Origin: Dehalococcoidia bacterium
GTDB lineage: Bacteria; Chloroflexota; Dehalococcoidia; UBA2979
NCBI GenBank assembly: GCA_041390685.1
Contig: JAWKPL010000001.1
Span: forward strand, 556,141-620,140
Direction: 5' to 3'
Length of the DNA stretch: 64,000 nucleotides
Under the pieces are notes generated by a model. That model had not been told where the DNA came from. It did no database searches and saw only the letters and a list, made by a program, of their open reading frames with translations. The position numbers and the translations under genes were made by a program. This document shows positions 18,451-27,270 of this stretch, piece by piece; the stretch's first letter is position 1; each line of letters starts with the position of its first letter.

Positions 18451-19524
18451 GTGACGACGACATCGACGCCGGCCATCGACGAGGACCGGCTGAACGGGCT
18501 GATCGGACAGGTAGTCAACGACTTCGGAGCAACGATCTCCTCAGCGCTGGTCACGATGGGAGACCGGCTGGGGCTGTACCAAACGCTGCGGAACGTGGGC
18601 CCCGTCACGGCCGAGGGTTTCGCCTCGAAGACGGGGCTGAGTGGGCGGTATCTCCGGCACTGGCTGCTGAACCAGGCGGCCTCCGGATACATCAGCTACG
18701 AGCCGTCGACGGGCGCGTACTCGCTCTCGCCCGAGCAGGCGCTGGTGTTCGCGGATGACGACAGCCCGGCAGCGATGGTGGGTGGGTTCACGCTGATGAC
18801 GGCGGTTGTGCGAGACGAGCCGCGAATCACCGAGGCTATGCGCCGGGGACAGGGGCTCCTGTGGCGGGAGCACGACGCGGGGCTGTTCACGGGCACGGCA
18901 CGGTTCTTCAAGCCGGGGTACGTCGCGAACATCGAGCGGCACTGGCTGCCCGCGTTGGAGGACATCGAGCCGGTGCTGCGAACGGGGGGGACGGTCGCGG
19001 ACATCGGGTGCGGGTATGGGGCCTCGACGATCCTGATGGCACAGGCGTACCCGGCGTCGCGGTTCTTCGGGTTCGACACGCACGCGGAGTCGATCGAATC
19101 GGCGCGGCAGGCGGCGGCCGACGCGGGAGTGGACGACCGAGTCACGTTCGAGGTGGCAGGTGGCCGGGACTTTCCGGGGAGCGGGTACGACCTCGTCACG
19201 TACTTCGACTGCCTGCACGACATGGGGGACCCGGGAGGGGCGGCGAAGCACGCGCTGGCGGCGCTGGCGCCCGGGGGTTCGGTCATGCTGGTGGAGCCGA
19301 TGGCGGGCGCCACGGTGGAGGAGAACCTGAATCCAGTGGGCCGGCTGTTTGCGGCGGCATCCGTGCTGGTATGCACGCCACATGCGATCGCGGAAGGCGG
19401 CGAGCCCCTGGGCACGGTCGCGACCGACGCCGAGCTGCGGGCGGTGTTCGAGTCGGCCGGGTTCAGGAGCTTCGAGCGGGTCGCCGAGTCAGCGACGAAC
19501 CGGGTCTTCCAGGCTCGACGCTGA
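18451..19524 (+). CDS. Class I SAM-dependent methyltransferase with N-terminal winged-helix/dimerisation domain
   Basis: Motif I 'VADIGCGYGAST'. GTG start 8 nt after GAAGGAG. Paralog of 55706..56785. Confidence 0.75.
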   Translation: MTTTSTPAIDEDRLNGLIGQVVNDFGATISSALVTMGDRLGLYQTLRNVGPVTAEGFASKTGLSGRYLRHWLLNQAASGYISYEPSTGAYSLSPEQALVFADDDSPAAMVGGFTLMTAVVRDEPRITEAMRRGQGLLWREHDAGLFTGTARFFKPGYVANIERHWLPALEDIEPVLRTGGTVADIGCGYGASTILMAQAYPASRFFGFDTHAESIESARQAAADAGVDDRVTFEVAGGRDFPGSGYDLVTYFDCLHDMGDPGGAAKHALAALAPGGSVMLVEPMAGATVEENLNPVGRLFAAASVLVCTPHAIAEGGEPLGTVATDAELRAVFESAGFRSFERVAESATNRVFQARR

Positions 19525-19540
19525 GGGACAGCAGATGGTG

Positions 19541-19574
19541 AGCGCCCGGGATGGAGTACTCCATCCCGGGCGCT
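19541..19574. terminator. Perfect 34-bp palindrome (17-bp arms) between convergent genes; bidirectional terminator candidate
   Basis: 'agcgcccgggatggagtactccatcccgggcgct' lies between the methyltransferase stop (19524) and the lipase stop (19587). Confidence 0.55.
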
Positions 19575-19586
19575 TCCCGTATCAGA

Positions 19587-20300
19587 TCAGTCGCGCAGCG
19601 CCTCGAGAACGGCCTGGTGGACCTCGGGCATCGCCAGGAGGTCGCCGTGAGGGCCGGCGACCGAGATTTCGCGAGCATCACTGTAGAGACGACCGAGGTC
19701 GGGGTTGCCTTCCTCGTTGACGAGCGTGGTGTATGTGACGTCTCCGGGCGTCCGGTCACCGCCGTTGAGGTCGTTGAGGAATTCGCTGAAGGGGCACATC
19801 TGGCCTCCAGTGTCGGCGGGGAGGAGGCATGCGGAGAGGTCGCCGAACTGGGGGGTGTCGATGGAGACGTAGCGGCTCACCTCGGCGGTGCCGCCGAGGA
19901 AGCGGATGTAGTGCCGGAGGGAGAGGCCGCCCATCGAGAAACCAACGACGTCCACGGACTCGACGTCGGTCAGCGCCTCGATCTCCGCGACGAAGGAGCG
20001 CAGGTACTCGGCGTTGGCGCGGTTGTCATCGCCGGGGAGGATGGCGATGAAGGCATGGAAGCCATTGGCGTCGAGGAAGCGCTTGAGCGGCAGCATCTCG
20101 CGGGGACTGCCGAGCCAGCCGTGCACGAGTATGACGGGGCGGCGGCCATCCGCGGCGGCGGTGGGGGCGGGGGTGGAGGCGCCCGGCGTGGCAGCCGGTG
20201 CGCCAGCAGAGGGGTCGCCCGCCACGCCGGGGGCGTCCTCGCCGCAGGACGCGGCAAGCACGCTGATGGCCAGTAGCGCGGTGAGGGCGAACCGGAGCAC
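19587..20300 (-). CDS. Secreted alpha/beta-hydrolase lipase/esterase
   Basis: Signal peptide 'VLRFALTALLAISVLAASC', nucleophile elbow 'GFSMGG', lipase-like 'ILVHGW'. GTG start derived by frame arithmetic. Confidence 0.7.
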   Translation of the reverse strand: MLRFALTALLAISVLAASCGEDAPGVAGDPSAGAPAATPGASTPAPTAAADGRRPVILVHGWLGSPREMLPLKRFLDANGFHAFIAILPGDDNRANAEYLRSFVAEIEALTDVESVDVVGFSMGGLSLRHYIRFLGGTAEVSRYVSIDTPQFGDLSACLLPADTGGQMCPFSEFLNDLNGGDRTPGDVTYTTLVNEEGNPDLGRLYSDAREISVAGPHGDLLAMPEVHQAVLEALRD

Positions 20301-20352
20301 GCATCGAGGGTACTGCGCCGGCGCGGGCAGTGCCGATGGGCAGCCAGCGGTG

Positions 20353-20592
20353 TCAGCGGGGGGGCGGGTCTGACCTCGGGGCGAGGGTGAGGTTCCAGCC
20401 GGGGACCTGGACGCGGGCGGCGAGCTTCGCTCCGTTGTCGAAGCGCACCTGGGCAACGCCGCAGCCGACGCAGCCGAGGACATCCCAGTTGGTGCCGCCC
20501 GGCCAATGCCCGAGAACACGACCCACGGCGGTGCCGATGGTGCGCATGAGATCGGGAGGGACGTCAGTCATGTGGTGTTCGTGTTCGGCCAT
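20353..20592 (-). CDS. Small hypothetical protein (79 aa) with His-rich N-terminus (MAEHEHHM) and GCVGCG motif
   Basis: Strong C-ending codon bias indicates real coding. Confidence 0.45.
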   Translation of the reverse strand: MAEHEHHMTDVPPDLMRTIGTAVGRVLGHWPGGTNWDVLGCVGCGVAQVRFDNGAKLAARVQVPGWNLTLAPRSDPPPR

Positions 20593-21061
20593 CGTTGCCT
20601 CGTTTCGTCGGGTGCTGTCGCCCGGTGATTATGGGGGACTAGGGCCGCATGGCGCTTCGCGCCGCCGTTCGTCGCCGCGGGCGGATTGCGGGGGACGTCC
20701 GCCGGCCAGGTGTGCGCTGTGCAAGCGATCCGACATGCGCGAGCGGCTTCGTTACGCGCTTCGCAAGTCGTCAGGGGCAAGACTCGGGACGGTGACGGGA
20801 GAGAGGAGCGCACGGATGGAAACGTTGATTGCCGGAGTCGGAGCCGCGGCGGTCCTTGCAGCGGCGGAGCTGGTGATCCGCGCTCGACGCTTCGAGGCGA
20901 TACTCCCGAGACTGCGAACCCAGGCGCGACGCCCCCGTGCGGCTTCGCGTGCAGCCGCGAACGGCACGGCGAGGGGACTGCGGGCGAGCCGGCAGAGCGG
21001 CTGACGGCGGGAGCAGGGCGGTATCGCGCGGCCGGGGTCCGAGGCCGGCGTCTCAGACGAT

Positions 21062-21613
21062 TCAAGGGACGAGCGCGGCCCATCGCTGGGCGAGGCCTGC
21101 CGGGGGGATCGGCGGCAGCGGGTCGTATCGAACACCAGCTTCAGCGGCGAGCCGCGCGGCGGTGCGCTCCGCTTCGTCCCAGCGGGAGGCGCAGACCTCG
21201 CGCCAGTGTGCGGAGCCGTGACGTGCGACCCATGCCTCGTAGTCCGCGAGCCAGCGGTACGCCTGCGCGAGCCGACCGGGTGCCGGCTCTTCCTCGGGAC
21301 CCTGAAGCGCCGCCCTCGGATCCGGAAACGCACCGCCCAATCGGGCGCCGGGACGCGCATGGGGAAGGCGGCCAGTACGCGGGAGGCTGATGGCGCCTGA
21401 GGCGTCGACGAGGAGCAGTCCGCCGCTCCAGAGCAGCACGGCAAGCCGACCGACCTCGTGCCAGTAGTAGCGGTTGTGTTCACCGGTGTCCCAGTGACCG
21501 CGGTGCAAGCCGTACCTGGTCAAGAGGTTCCCATCCGGGTGGCGGATGTCCTGCCCCCACAGCCAGCACTGCGCGTCCATTAGCTGGGAGCCGGTGAGTT
21601 CATTCGCCACCAC
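21062..21613 (-). CDS. Hypothetical Trp-rich protein
   Basis: ORF 21062..21643. GTG at 'VVANEL' preceded by AGGAGGAG. No family recognised. Confidence 0.4.
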   Translation of the reverse strand: MVANELTGSQLMDAQCWLWGQDIRHPDGNLLTRYGLHRGHWDTGEHNRYYWHEVGRLAVLLWSGGLLLVDASGAISLPRTGRLPHARPGARLGGAFPDPRAALQGPEEEPAPGRLAQAYRWLADYEAWVARHGSAHWREVCASRWDEAERTAARLAAEAGVRYDPLPPIPPAGLAQRWAALVP

Positions 21614-21786
21614 GGCGTGACTCCTCCTGCACATGGATGGCACCGCGCACCGCGCCGTGCAGTGTAGGGTCAGTACGCGCGCGCTGGCGAGGGAACGTGG
21701 TGGCGACGTCCGGCGTCGAAGCGGATGCCCGGGCCCCTCGGGAGCCCGGGCATCCGCTTCTGGTTGGGCGGGAACGTCCGACGCGG

Positions 21787-22563
21787 CTAGACGCGCTTTG
21801 TCATGGCGCGGCCGACTCCCGTGGCAGCGATGGCGATTCCCACACCGATGATCGCGAGTATGCCAGCAGGAGTGCGCGCGATCAGACCCGCGTTGCCGGT
21901 GCGCGGCGGCACGGGCTGCGCAGGCTGGGGTTGCGCAGGCTGAGGCTGCGCGGCCTTCGGCGCTTCGGCGGCCTGCGCTCCACTGTTTTCTGAGTGTGCT
22001 CCGCCTTCGCCGTGGACGAGAGCTTCAATCGCTGTCATGGCGTCCTGGGAAGAGACGCGCTTGTCGCGCCACTCGTGCACGAAATGGTCGATCTCCTCGA
22101 GGAGGCCGGCGCGCTGGGCCGCGGGTACTTCGTGGACGAGGTGGTCGATCTCAGCCATCGCCTCGTCAGCGGGGAGCGTGCCCTCGTCCCATTCGTGGAC
22201 GACGTGGTCAATGGACTGAATCGCCGCCGCCGCCTCGTCATCGTCATGATGTGCTCCGCCCTCGCCGTGGACGAGGGCTTCGATCGCGGTCATCGCGTCT
22301 TCTGATGAGACGCGCCCGTCACGCCATTCGTGCACGAAGTGGTCGATCTCCTCGAGGAGGCCGGCGCGCTGGGCCGCGGGTACTTCGTGGACGAGGTGGT
22401 CGATCTCGGCCATCGCTTCGTCAGCGGGGAGCGTGCCCTCGTCCCATTCGTGGACGACGTGGTCGATGGACTGGATCGCCGCTTCCTGAGCGGACACGGG
22501 GCCACCTGGTGCCAGCCCGAGCAACGCTACCACTGCCGCCGCGACCAGGAGTTGTCGCCTCAA
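21787..22563 (-). CDS. Secreted histidine-motif tandem-repeat protein with PQ-rich linker and C-terminal sorting-signal-like tail
   Basis: TTG start 9 nt after GGAGG gives a textbook signal peptide 'MRRQLLVAAAVVALLGLAPGGPVSA|QE'. Two 85-aa near-identical repeats each carry three 'IDHxVHEW/V' units plus 'VHGEGGAHHDDDE'. Then 'QPQPAQPQPAQP', then 'PPRTG'-hydrophobic-'KRV'. Confidence 0.7.
   Translation of the reverse strand: MRRQLLVAAAVVALLGLAPGGPVSAQEAAIQSIDHVVHEWDEGTLPADEAMAEIDHLVHEVPAAQRAGLLEEIDHFVHEWRDGRVSSEDAMTAIEALVHGEGGAHHDDDEAAAAIQSIDHVVHEWDEGTLPADEAMAEIDHLVHEVPAAQRAGLLEEIDHFVHEWRDKRVSSQDAMTAIEALVHGEGGAHSENSGAQAAEAPKAAQPQPAQPQPAQPVPPRTGNAGLIARTPAGILAIIGVGIAIAATGVGRAMTKRV
21973..22482. 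repeat. Direct tandem duplication, 2 x ~255 bp, inside the His-repeat gene
   Basis: The two protein repeats differ at only a few residues. Off-frame track ORFs 22035..22247 and 22290..22505 give near-identical peptides offset by 255 nt, so the repeat is also near-identical at the DNA level. Confidence 0.7.
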
Positions 22564-22695
22564 GTCTCTTGCCTCCAATACGCCTCTTGGCGCCGGGTGT
22601 TCAGCGGCCCGACGCGTCCGCAACCTCCTTATAAGTGAGTCTTGGTCTCAGTTCAAGGGGATGAGATGCCGTATCACCCGCGGGAAACGACCTCG

Positions 22696-23715
22696 TCAGC
22701 GGAGGTGAGCGACGAGGCTGCGCATGTTGAACCGGATGAGGTCGAGGTAGGTGGGGGCATCCTCGGTGAAGGCGTCGGTCATCAGGACGCCGACGGTGAT
22801 GCCCTGGTCGCGCGCGAGCTGGTCAAGGATCGACGACTCGTACTGGGGTTCTCGGAAGACCGCCGGGACGCCGGCCTGCTCCACGCGGTCGTAGAGGGAC
22901 GCCAGGGCGGCAACGGAGGTCTCGCCTTCCCCATCGGATGGGAGGATGGAGCCGAGGACCTCGAACCCGAAACGCGCGGCCAGGTAGCCGTACGCGTCGT
23001 GCTGGACGACCAGGACGCGGCGAGCGGGCGGGATGGTCTGGATGGCGGCTTCCATCTCCGCGTCGAGGGCGCGGACCTGGGCGGCGTACCGTTCGCCGTT
23101 CGCGCGATAGAGGTCTTCGCCTTCCGGGTCGACCGACGCGAGGCCGGTGGCGATGACGGGGATCAGCTCGATCACGCGTTGAGGATCGAGCCAGAAGTGG
23201 GGATCTCCGCCCCGGTAGTCGTGGGTGTGGTCGCCGTGATCGACGACCAGGTCGCGGATGATGACATCGATGGAGTCGGTGACGACGAGGGTCGGAAGGG
23301 CGGCTTCGCGCGCGGCGCGGCGCCAGGCCGTCCGCTCCGCGAACGCCTCGAAGTGGCCGCCCACGGTGATGAGGTAGTCCGCCTCGACGAGACGCACAAG
23401 ATCCTGCGGCGTGACCTCGTAGTCGTGGGGGTTGCTGCCGGGAGGGGTGACGGACCAGACCTCGATGCGTCCTCGGCCGATGTTCTGGACGATGTCGGCG
23501 AGCACGGCGAATGAGACTGCGACCAGCTTTTGGTCGCCACCGTGAGTCGATGACCCGGCGTCCTGAGCGGCGGCCGGCTGACCGGCGGACGGAGCATCGG
23601 AGGCGGGTGAGGCAGGGCCGGACGAGGCGCCGCCAGAGCCACACGCAGCGAGGACGGACGCGACGCAGAGCATCGCGCAGACGGCACCCCACTGAAGCAG
23701 CCGCCGGACCAACAT
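22696..23715 (-). CDS. ZnuA/AdcA-like metal ABC transporter substrate-binding lipoprotein (339 aa), orphan
   Basis: Lipobox 'VLAACGSG', cluster-9 binding-protein fold, and the His/Asp-rich loop 'DHGDHTHDYRGGDPHFW' typical of zinc-specific ZnuA. The N-terminal 280 aa of the track ORF are Arg-rich read-through. No permease or ATPase adjacent. Confidence 0.75.
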   Translation of the reverse strand: MLVRRLLQWGAVCAMLCVASVLAACGSGGASSGPASPASDAPSAGQPAAAQDAGSSTHGGDQKLVAVSFAVLADIVQNIGRGRIEVWSVTPPGSNPHDYEVTPQDLVRLVEADYLITVGGHFEAFAERTAWRRAAREAALPTLVVTDSIDVIIRDLVVDHGDHTHDYRGGDPHFWLDPQRVIELIPVIATGLASVDPEGEDLYRANGERYAAQVRALDAEMEAAIQTIPPARRVLVVQHDAYGYLAARFGFEVLGSILPSDGEGETSVAALASLYDRVEQAGVPAVFREPQYESSILDQLARDQGITVGVLMTDAFTEDAPTYLDLIRFNMRSLVAHLR

Positions 23716-23822
23716 CTCGCTCCCCCTCGGCGCCAATGATACCGAGTATCGACTTTTTCGGACAAGCGGCGACGCCGGGAGCGACGGCCCGGGAGCCAGG
23801 CGGGTCGACCGGGAGCAGGAGG

Positions 23823-25094
23823 TCAGCGGGCGAGATCGATGGGGCGCGGCAGCCGCAGGGCCACGGCAAAGAGGAGGAGGGACGCGGCGAACGTGCCCAT
23901 GAACATGAGCAGGGCCCAGTCGTAGCTGCCGGTGGCGTCGTAGATGGCGCCGGCCAGCGTCGGACTCAGGATCTGACCGAGGGTCTCCACGACGGCGACG
24001 GCTCCGAGGATGGTCGCGAAGTGGCTCAACCCGAAGGCGCGTGTGAGGAGGAGCGCCTCCATCATCGGACCGCCGGCGGTGCCGACGACCCAGAGGGTCA
24101 GAAAGAGCCCGATTGCTGCCGGGCTGGTGCTGATGGTGAGTGTGGCCATGGCTCCCGCCAGGCAACCTGCCAGCGCCAGCGCCGCGTACTCGAAACGGGG
24201 GATGCGGTCGGCGGCGAGTCCGACGAGCATCCTCGTCGCGATGCTGAGGCCGGCGGTGACCGAGACGATGGTGGCGGCGGTCCGGCGGGAGATGCCGTTG
24301 GCCTCGTAGAAGGGAACCTGGTGCACCAACCAGCCGAAGAGGCCGAAGAAGAAGAGCATCAGCGCGAGCGAGAGCGTCCAGAAGAGGGGTGAGCGGAGCG
24401 CCTCTCGGAGGGTGACGCCTGACAGGGGCTCCTCGGGAAGGCCTCCTGGCGCCGAGGCGCCGCCGGTGTCGACATCGTACCGACCGACGGGCGCGTTGCG
24501 GACGACGAACAGGCCGATGGACGTGAAGACGACGGCGACAGCGACACCGGACCACAGGAGCGCGCCTCGCCAGCCGGCTAGGTCGATCAACGCCCCCATG
24601 ACGGGGAGCACGAGGAAGCCGCCGAGGGAGAAGCCGGTGCCCAAGATACTAACGGCGATGCCACGACGGCGGTCGAACCAGCGTGAGATGAGCGCCATGA
24701 ACGGGATGAAGAACATCAACGTGCGCGCGACGGCGTTGAGCGTGGAGTAGCAGTACCACTGCCAGAGCTCCTGCGTGGTCGCCAGAAGCAGATAGGTCGC
24801 AGCCGTCGCGACACCGCCGACGATGATGGCGGACCGCGCCCCGCGCTGATCCACCCACCGCCCGACGAGGGGGCCGCAGAGGCCGCTGACGAGCAGCGAG
24901 ACGGAGAACGCGAAGGAGACCTCCGAGCGGGACCAGCCGAACTCGGCTTCGAGCGGGCGGACGTAGAGGCCGAAAGCCCACATCGATACGCCGCTGCCGA
25001 GCGCCATCGCGGCGACGGAGGCCGCGAGGATCCACCATCCGTAGTAGACCGAGCGTGGCCGGCGGATGACGCCAGCAGCGGACGCGACACGCAC
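23823..25094 (-). CDS. MFS transporter (OFA-like), paralog of 13828..15147
   Basis: GTG start at 'VRVASAAGVIRRPRSVYYGWW' preceded by GAAGGAG and a 6-nt spacer. 12 TM segments. Confidence 0.75.
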   Translation of the reverse strand: MRVASAAGVIRRPRSVYYGWWILAASVAAMALGSGVSMWAFGLYVRPLEAEFGWSRSEVSFAFSVSLLVSGLCGPLVGRWVDQRGARSAIIVGGVATAATYLLLATTQELWQWYCYSTLNAVARTLMFFIPFMALISRWFDRRRGIAVSILGTGFSLGGFLVLPVMGALIDLAGWRGALLWSGVAVAVVFTSIGLFVVRNAPVGRYDVDTGGASAPGGLPEEPLSGVTLREALRSPLFWTLSLALMLFFFGLFGWLVHQVPFYEANGISRRTAATIVSVTAGLSIATRMLVGLAADRIPRFEYAALALAGCLAGAMATLTISTSPAAIGLFLTLWVVGTAGGPMMEALLLTRAFGLSHFATILGAVAVVETLGQILSPTLAGAIYDATGSYDWALLMFMGTFAASLLLFAVALRLPRPIDLAR

Positions 25095-25349
25095 TGGCGG
25101 CTCCTTCGACGCGGGTGATCCGCGATCGATCGGGAGGACTGCGGAGAAGATAGCATTCGGGCGGAAGGCCAGGCGCAACTCGGGCGTGTCCGAGCGTCTC
25201 GTGCGATCGCAGCCCAGCGATGCGAGGGTGCAGGACCTCAAGCGGCGGTGATCGGCGGCGGCTTCACCGACAACGGGGCGACGGCAGGCCCGCAGGCCGG
25301 GGGCGTACGCAGGCCGAGAACGGCAGGCGGTTACGGCGCGGCCAGGGGA

Positions 25350-25985
25350 TCAGCCGGGAGGGGTAGGACGTTCCAAGACCGTCCAGCGATAGCCACGTTG
25401 CCGCACGGTGCGTATCTCGAGCGAGGGGAGGCGCCGGAGCTTGTGGCGGAGTCGATAGAGATGCGCCTCGATGGCGCGCCGTTCGACTTCGGGGTGCCCG
25501 AGTGCTCGTGCCAGCGTCTGGGGCGTGACCGGCCGGCCCGCTCCCTCCATGAGGCAGCCGAGGAGACGCACCTCCGAGGCCGACAGGGGGACGAACGCGG
25601 ACCCGTGCTGGAGCCCGTCCGGGGTCAGCTCGGGCTGAACAGGCGACTCGGAGCGGCGCATTGCGCGGGCGCGGGTCGCGCGCCACAGGATCTCCTCGCG
25701 CGAGGCGCCGACGAAGACTAGATCGTCAGAGCGCGTTGTTATGTCCTGCATCGGCGTGACAGGATCGAACATGCGCAGGCAGAGATAGCCAGCGTCGGCG
25801 GCCGCTTCCTCGAGGAGACACTGGCCGGGGTGGGCCATGACCAGGACGACGGCGGAGGGTGGAACCCTGGTCAGTTCTCGCGAGGAGATGCCGGAGAGCG
25901 CTTCCGGTACGTTCGCCCGCACGAACTCGGGGACACGCTGTCCGATCGCGAGGGTGATGTCGTTCCGACGGTCGTCCGCCGTCAT
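25350..25985 (-). CDS. Winged-helix (OmpR/PhoB-type) DNA-binding regulator with atypical N-terminal domain
   Basis: C-terminal 'LSASEVRLLGCLMEG...YRLRHKL...RGYRW'. The N-terminal domain lacks clear receiver motifs. Confidence 0.55.
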   Translation of the reverse strand: MTADDRRNDITLAIGQRVPEFVRANVPEALSGISSRELTRVPPSAVVLVMAHPGQCLLEEAAADAGYLCLRMFDPVTPMQDITTRSDDLVFVGASREEILWRATRARAMRRSESPVQPELTPDGLQHGSAFVPLSASEVRLLGCLMEGAGRPVTPQTLARALGHPEVERRAIEAHLYRLRHKLRRLPSLEIRTVRQRGYRWTVLERPTPPG

Positions 25986-26202
25986 GGCGCTCCTCCACCG
26001 CACATGGTGTGCTCACGCCTTTACGACCATGAGTCATCCCGATGAACTTCTCGTTTCACGCGCGGGGGGCGGCGATCCTGTGACCAAAGTGTGTGAATCA
26101 AGTCACAAGCGCTTCACGCCCCGGCCTCCCTGACGTAACAGGGCGTAACTAGCCTGCCTCCATCGCAGCCCCGCGAGACAGCGAGGGCCGAGAGGAGGCG
26201 AG

Positions 26203-27270
26203 ATGGTCACCGCCACTGAAACACCGCGCGTGGGCGAGGCCGATGCGGACGTCACGAGGCCGGAACCGCTGCTCGCTGTGCGGAACCTCGTGACCGAGTT
26301 CAGGACATCGGGCGGGTGGCTGCGCGCGGTCAACGACGTCTCGTTCGAGGTGGAACGCAGCGAGGTGCTGGCGATCCTCGGGGAGTCGGGGTCAGGGAAG
26401 AGCGCGCTGCTCCGCACGATCCTGGGGATTCAACCACGGACCGCGCGCGTCTCGGGACAGGTGCTGATCGAGGGTCGCGACGTGCTCGCGATGGCAGCAG
26501 CGGAGCGCGAGGTGGTCCGGGGATCGCAGGTGTCGATGATCTTCCAGGACCCGCTGACGGCGCTCGACCCTCTGTTCACGGTCGAACAGCAGATCGTGGA
26601 GACCTTGCGCCGGCATACGGCGCTCACGAAGGCGGCGGCGCGCGAGCGCGCACTCGAACTGCTCAACCTCGTGCAGATCCCGTCACCGGAACGACGCCTT
26701 GAGGCGTACCCGTTCGAGCTCAGCGGGGGGATGCGGCAGCGGGTGGTGATCGCGATCGCGCTGGCCTGCAATCCGCGTTTGCTGCTCGCGGACGAACCGA
26801 CCACGGCGCTCGACGTCACGGTGCAGGCGCGAGTGCTCTCGCTGCTGGCGGACCTCCAACGGCGGCTCGGGATGGGCGTGGTGCTCGTCACGCACGACCT
26901 CACGGTGGCCGCGTCCGTGGCGGACCGGGTGGCGGTGATGTACGCGGGGCGGATCGTCGAGCGCGGGCCAATCCGGGAGATCGTCCGGCGGCCGTCTCAC
27001 CCTTATACGCGCGGCCTGCTGGACGCGAACATCCGACCGGGGCAGCGCGAACGGCCGGAGGCGATCGCGGGCGCGCCGCCGAACCTGGCACACCTGTCCG
27101 GGGGGTGCGCCTTCGCTCCTCGATGTCCGGTATCAGTCGACGGCTGCTTCGAAGAGCAGCCCCAGTTCGTGCTGGTCGGCCCGGACCACGCGGCTCGCTG
27201 CCTGATCGCAGAGGCCGACGTGGTCGGGGCCGGTGGCGGAGCAACAGCGAAAGGACTCCAGGGTGGCTGA
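26203..27270 (+). CDS. Peptide/nickel ABC transporter ATP-binding protein (DppD/OppD-like)
   Basis: Walker A 'GESGSGKS', signature 'LSGGMRQR', C-terminal oligopeptide-transporter extension. Confidence 0.85.
   Translation: MVTATETPRVGEADADVTRPEPLLAVRNLVTEFRTSGGWLRAVNDVSFEVERSEVLAILGESGSGKSALLRTILGIQPRTARVSGQVLIEGRDVLAMAAAEREVVRGSQVSMIFQDPLTALDPLFTVEQQIVETLRRHTALTKAAARERALELLNLVQIPSPERRLEAYPFELSGGMRQRVVIAIALACNPRLLLADEPTTALDVTVQARVLSLLADLQRRLGMGVVLVTHDLTVAASVADRVAVMYAGRIVERGPIREIVRRPSHPYTRGLLDANIRPGQRERPEAIAGAPPNLAHLSGGCAFAPRCPVSVDGCFEEQPQFVLVGPDHAARCLIAEADVVGAGGGATAKGLQGG

Noticed and set aside
19463-20276. ORFs on both strands containing the peptide 'MEYSIPGA'
   Set aside because: They are a mirror artefact of the perfect 34-bp palindrome, and both are antisense to real genes.
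22696-24555. 619-aa ORF suggesting a much longer ZnuA-like protein
   Set aside because: The first ~280 aa are Arg/His/Pro-rich nonsense overlapping MFS copy 2 on the same strand in another frame. The real protein starts at the lipoprotein signal peptide 'MLVRRLLQWGAVCAMLCVASVLAACGSG'.
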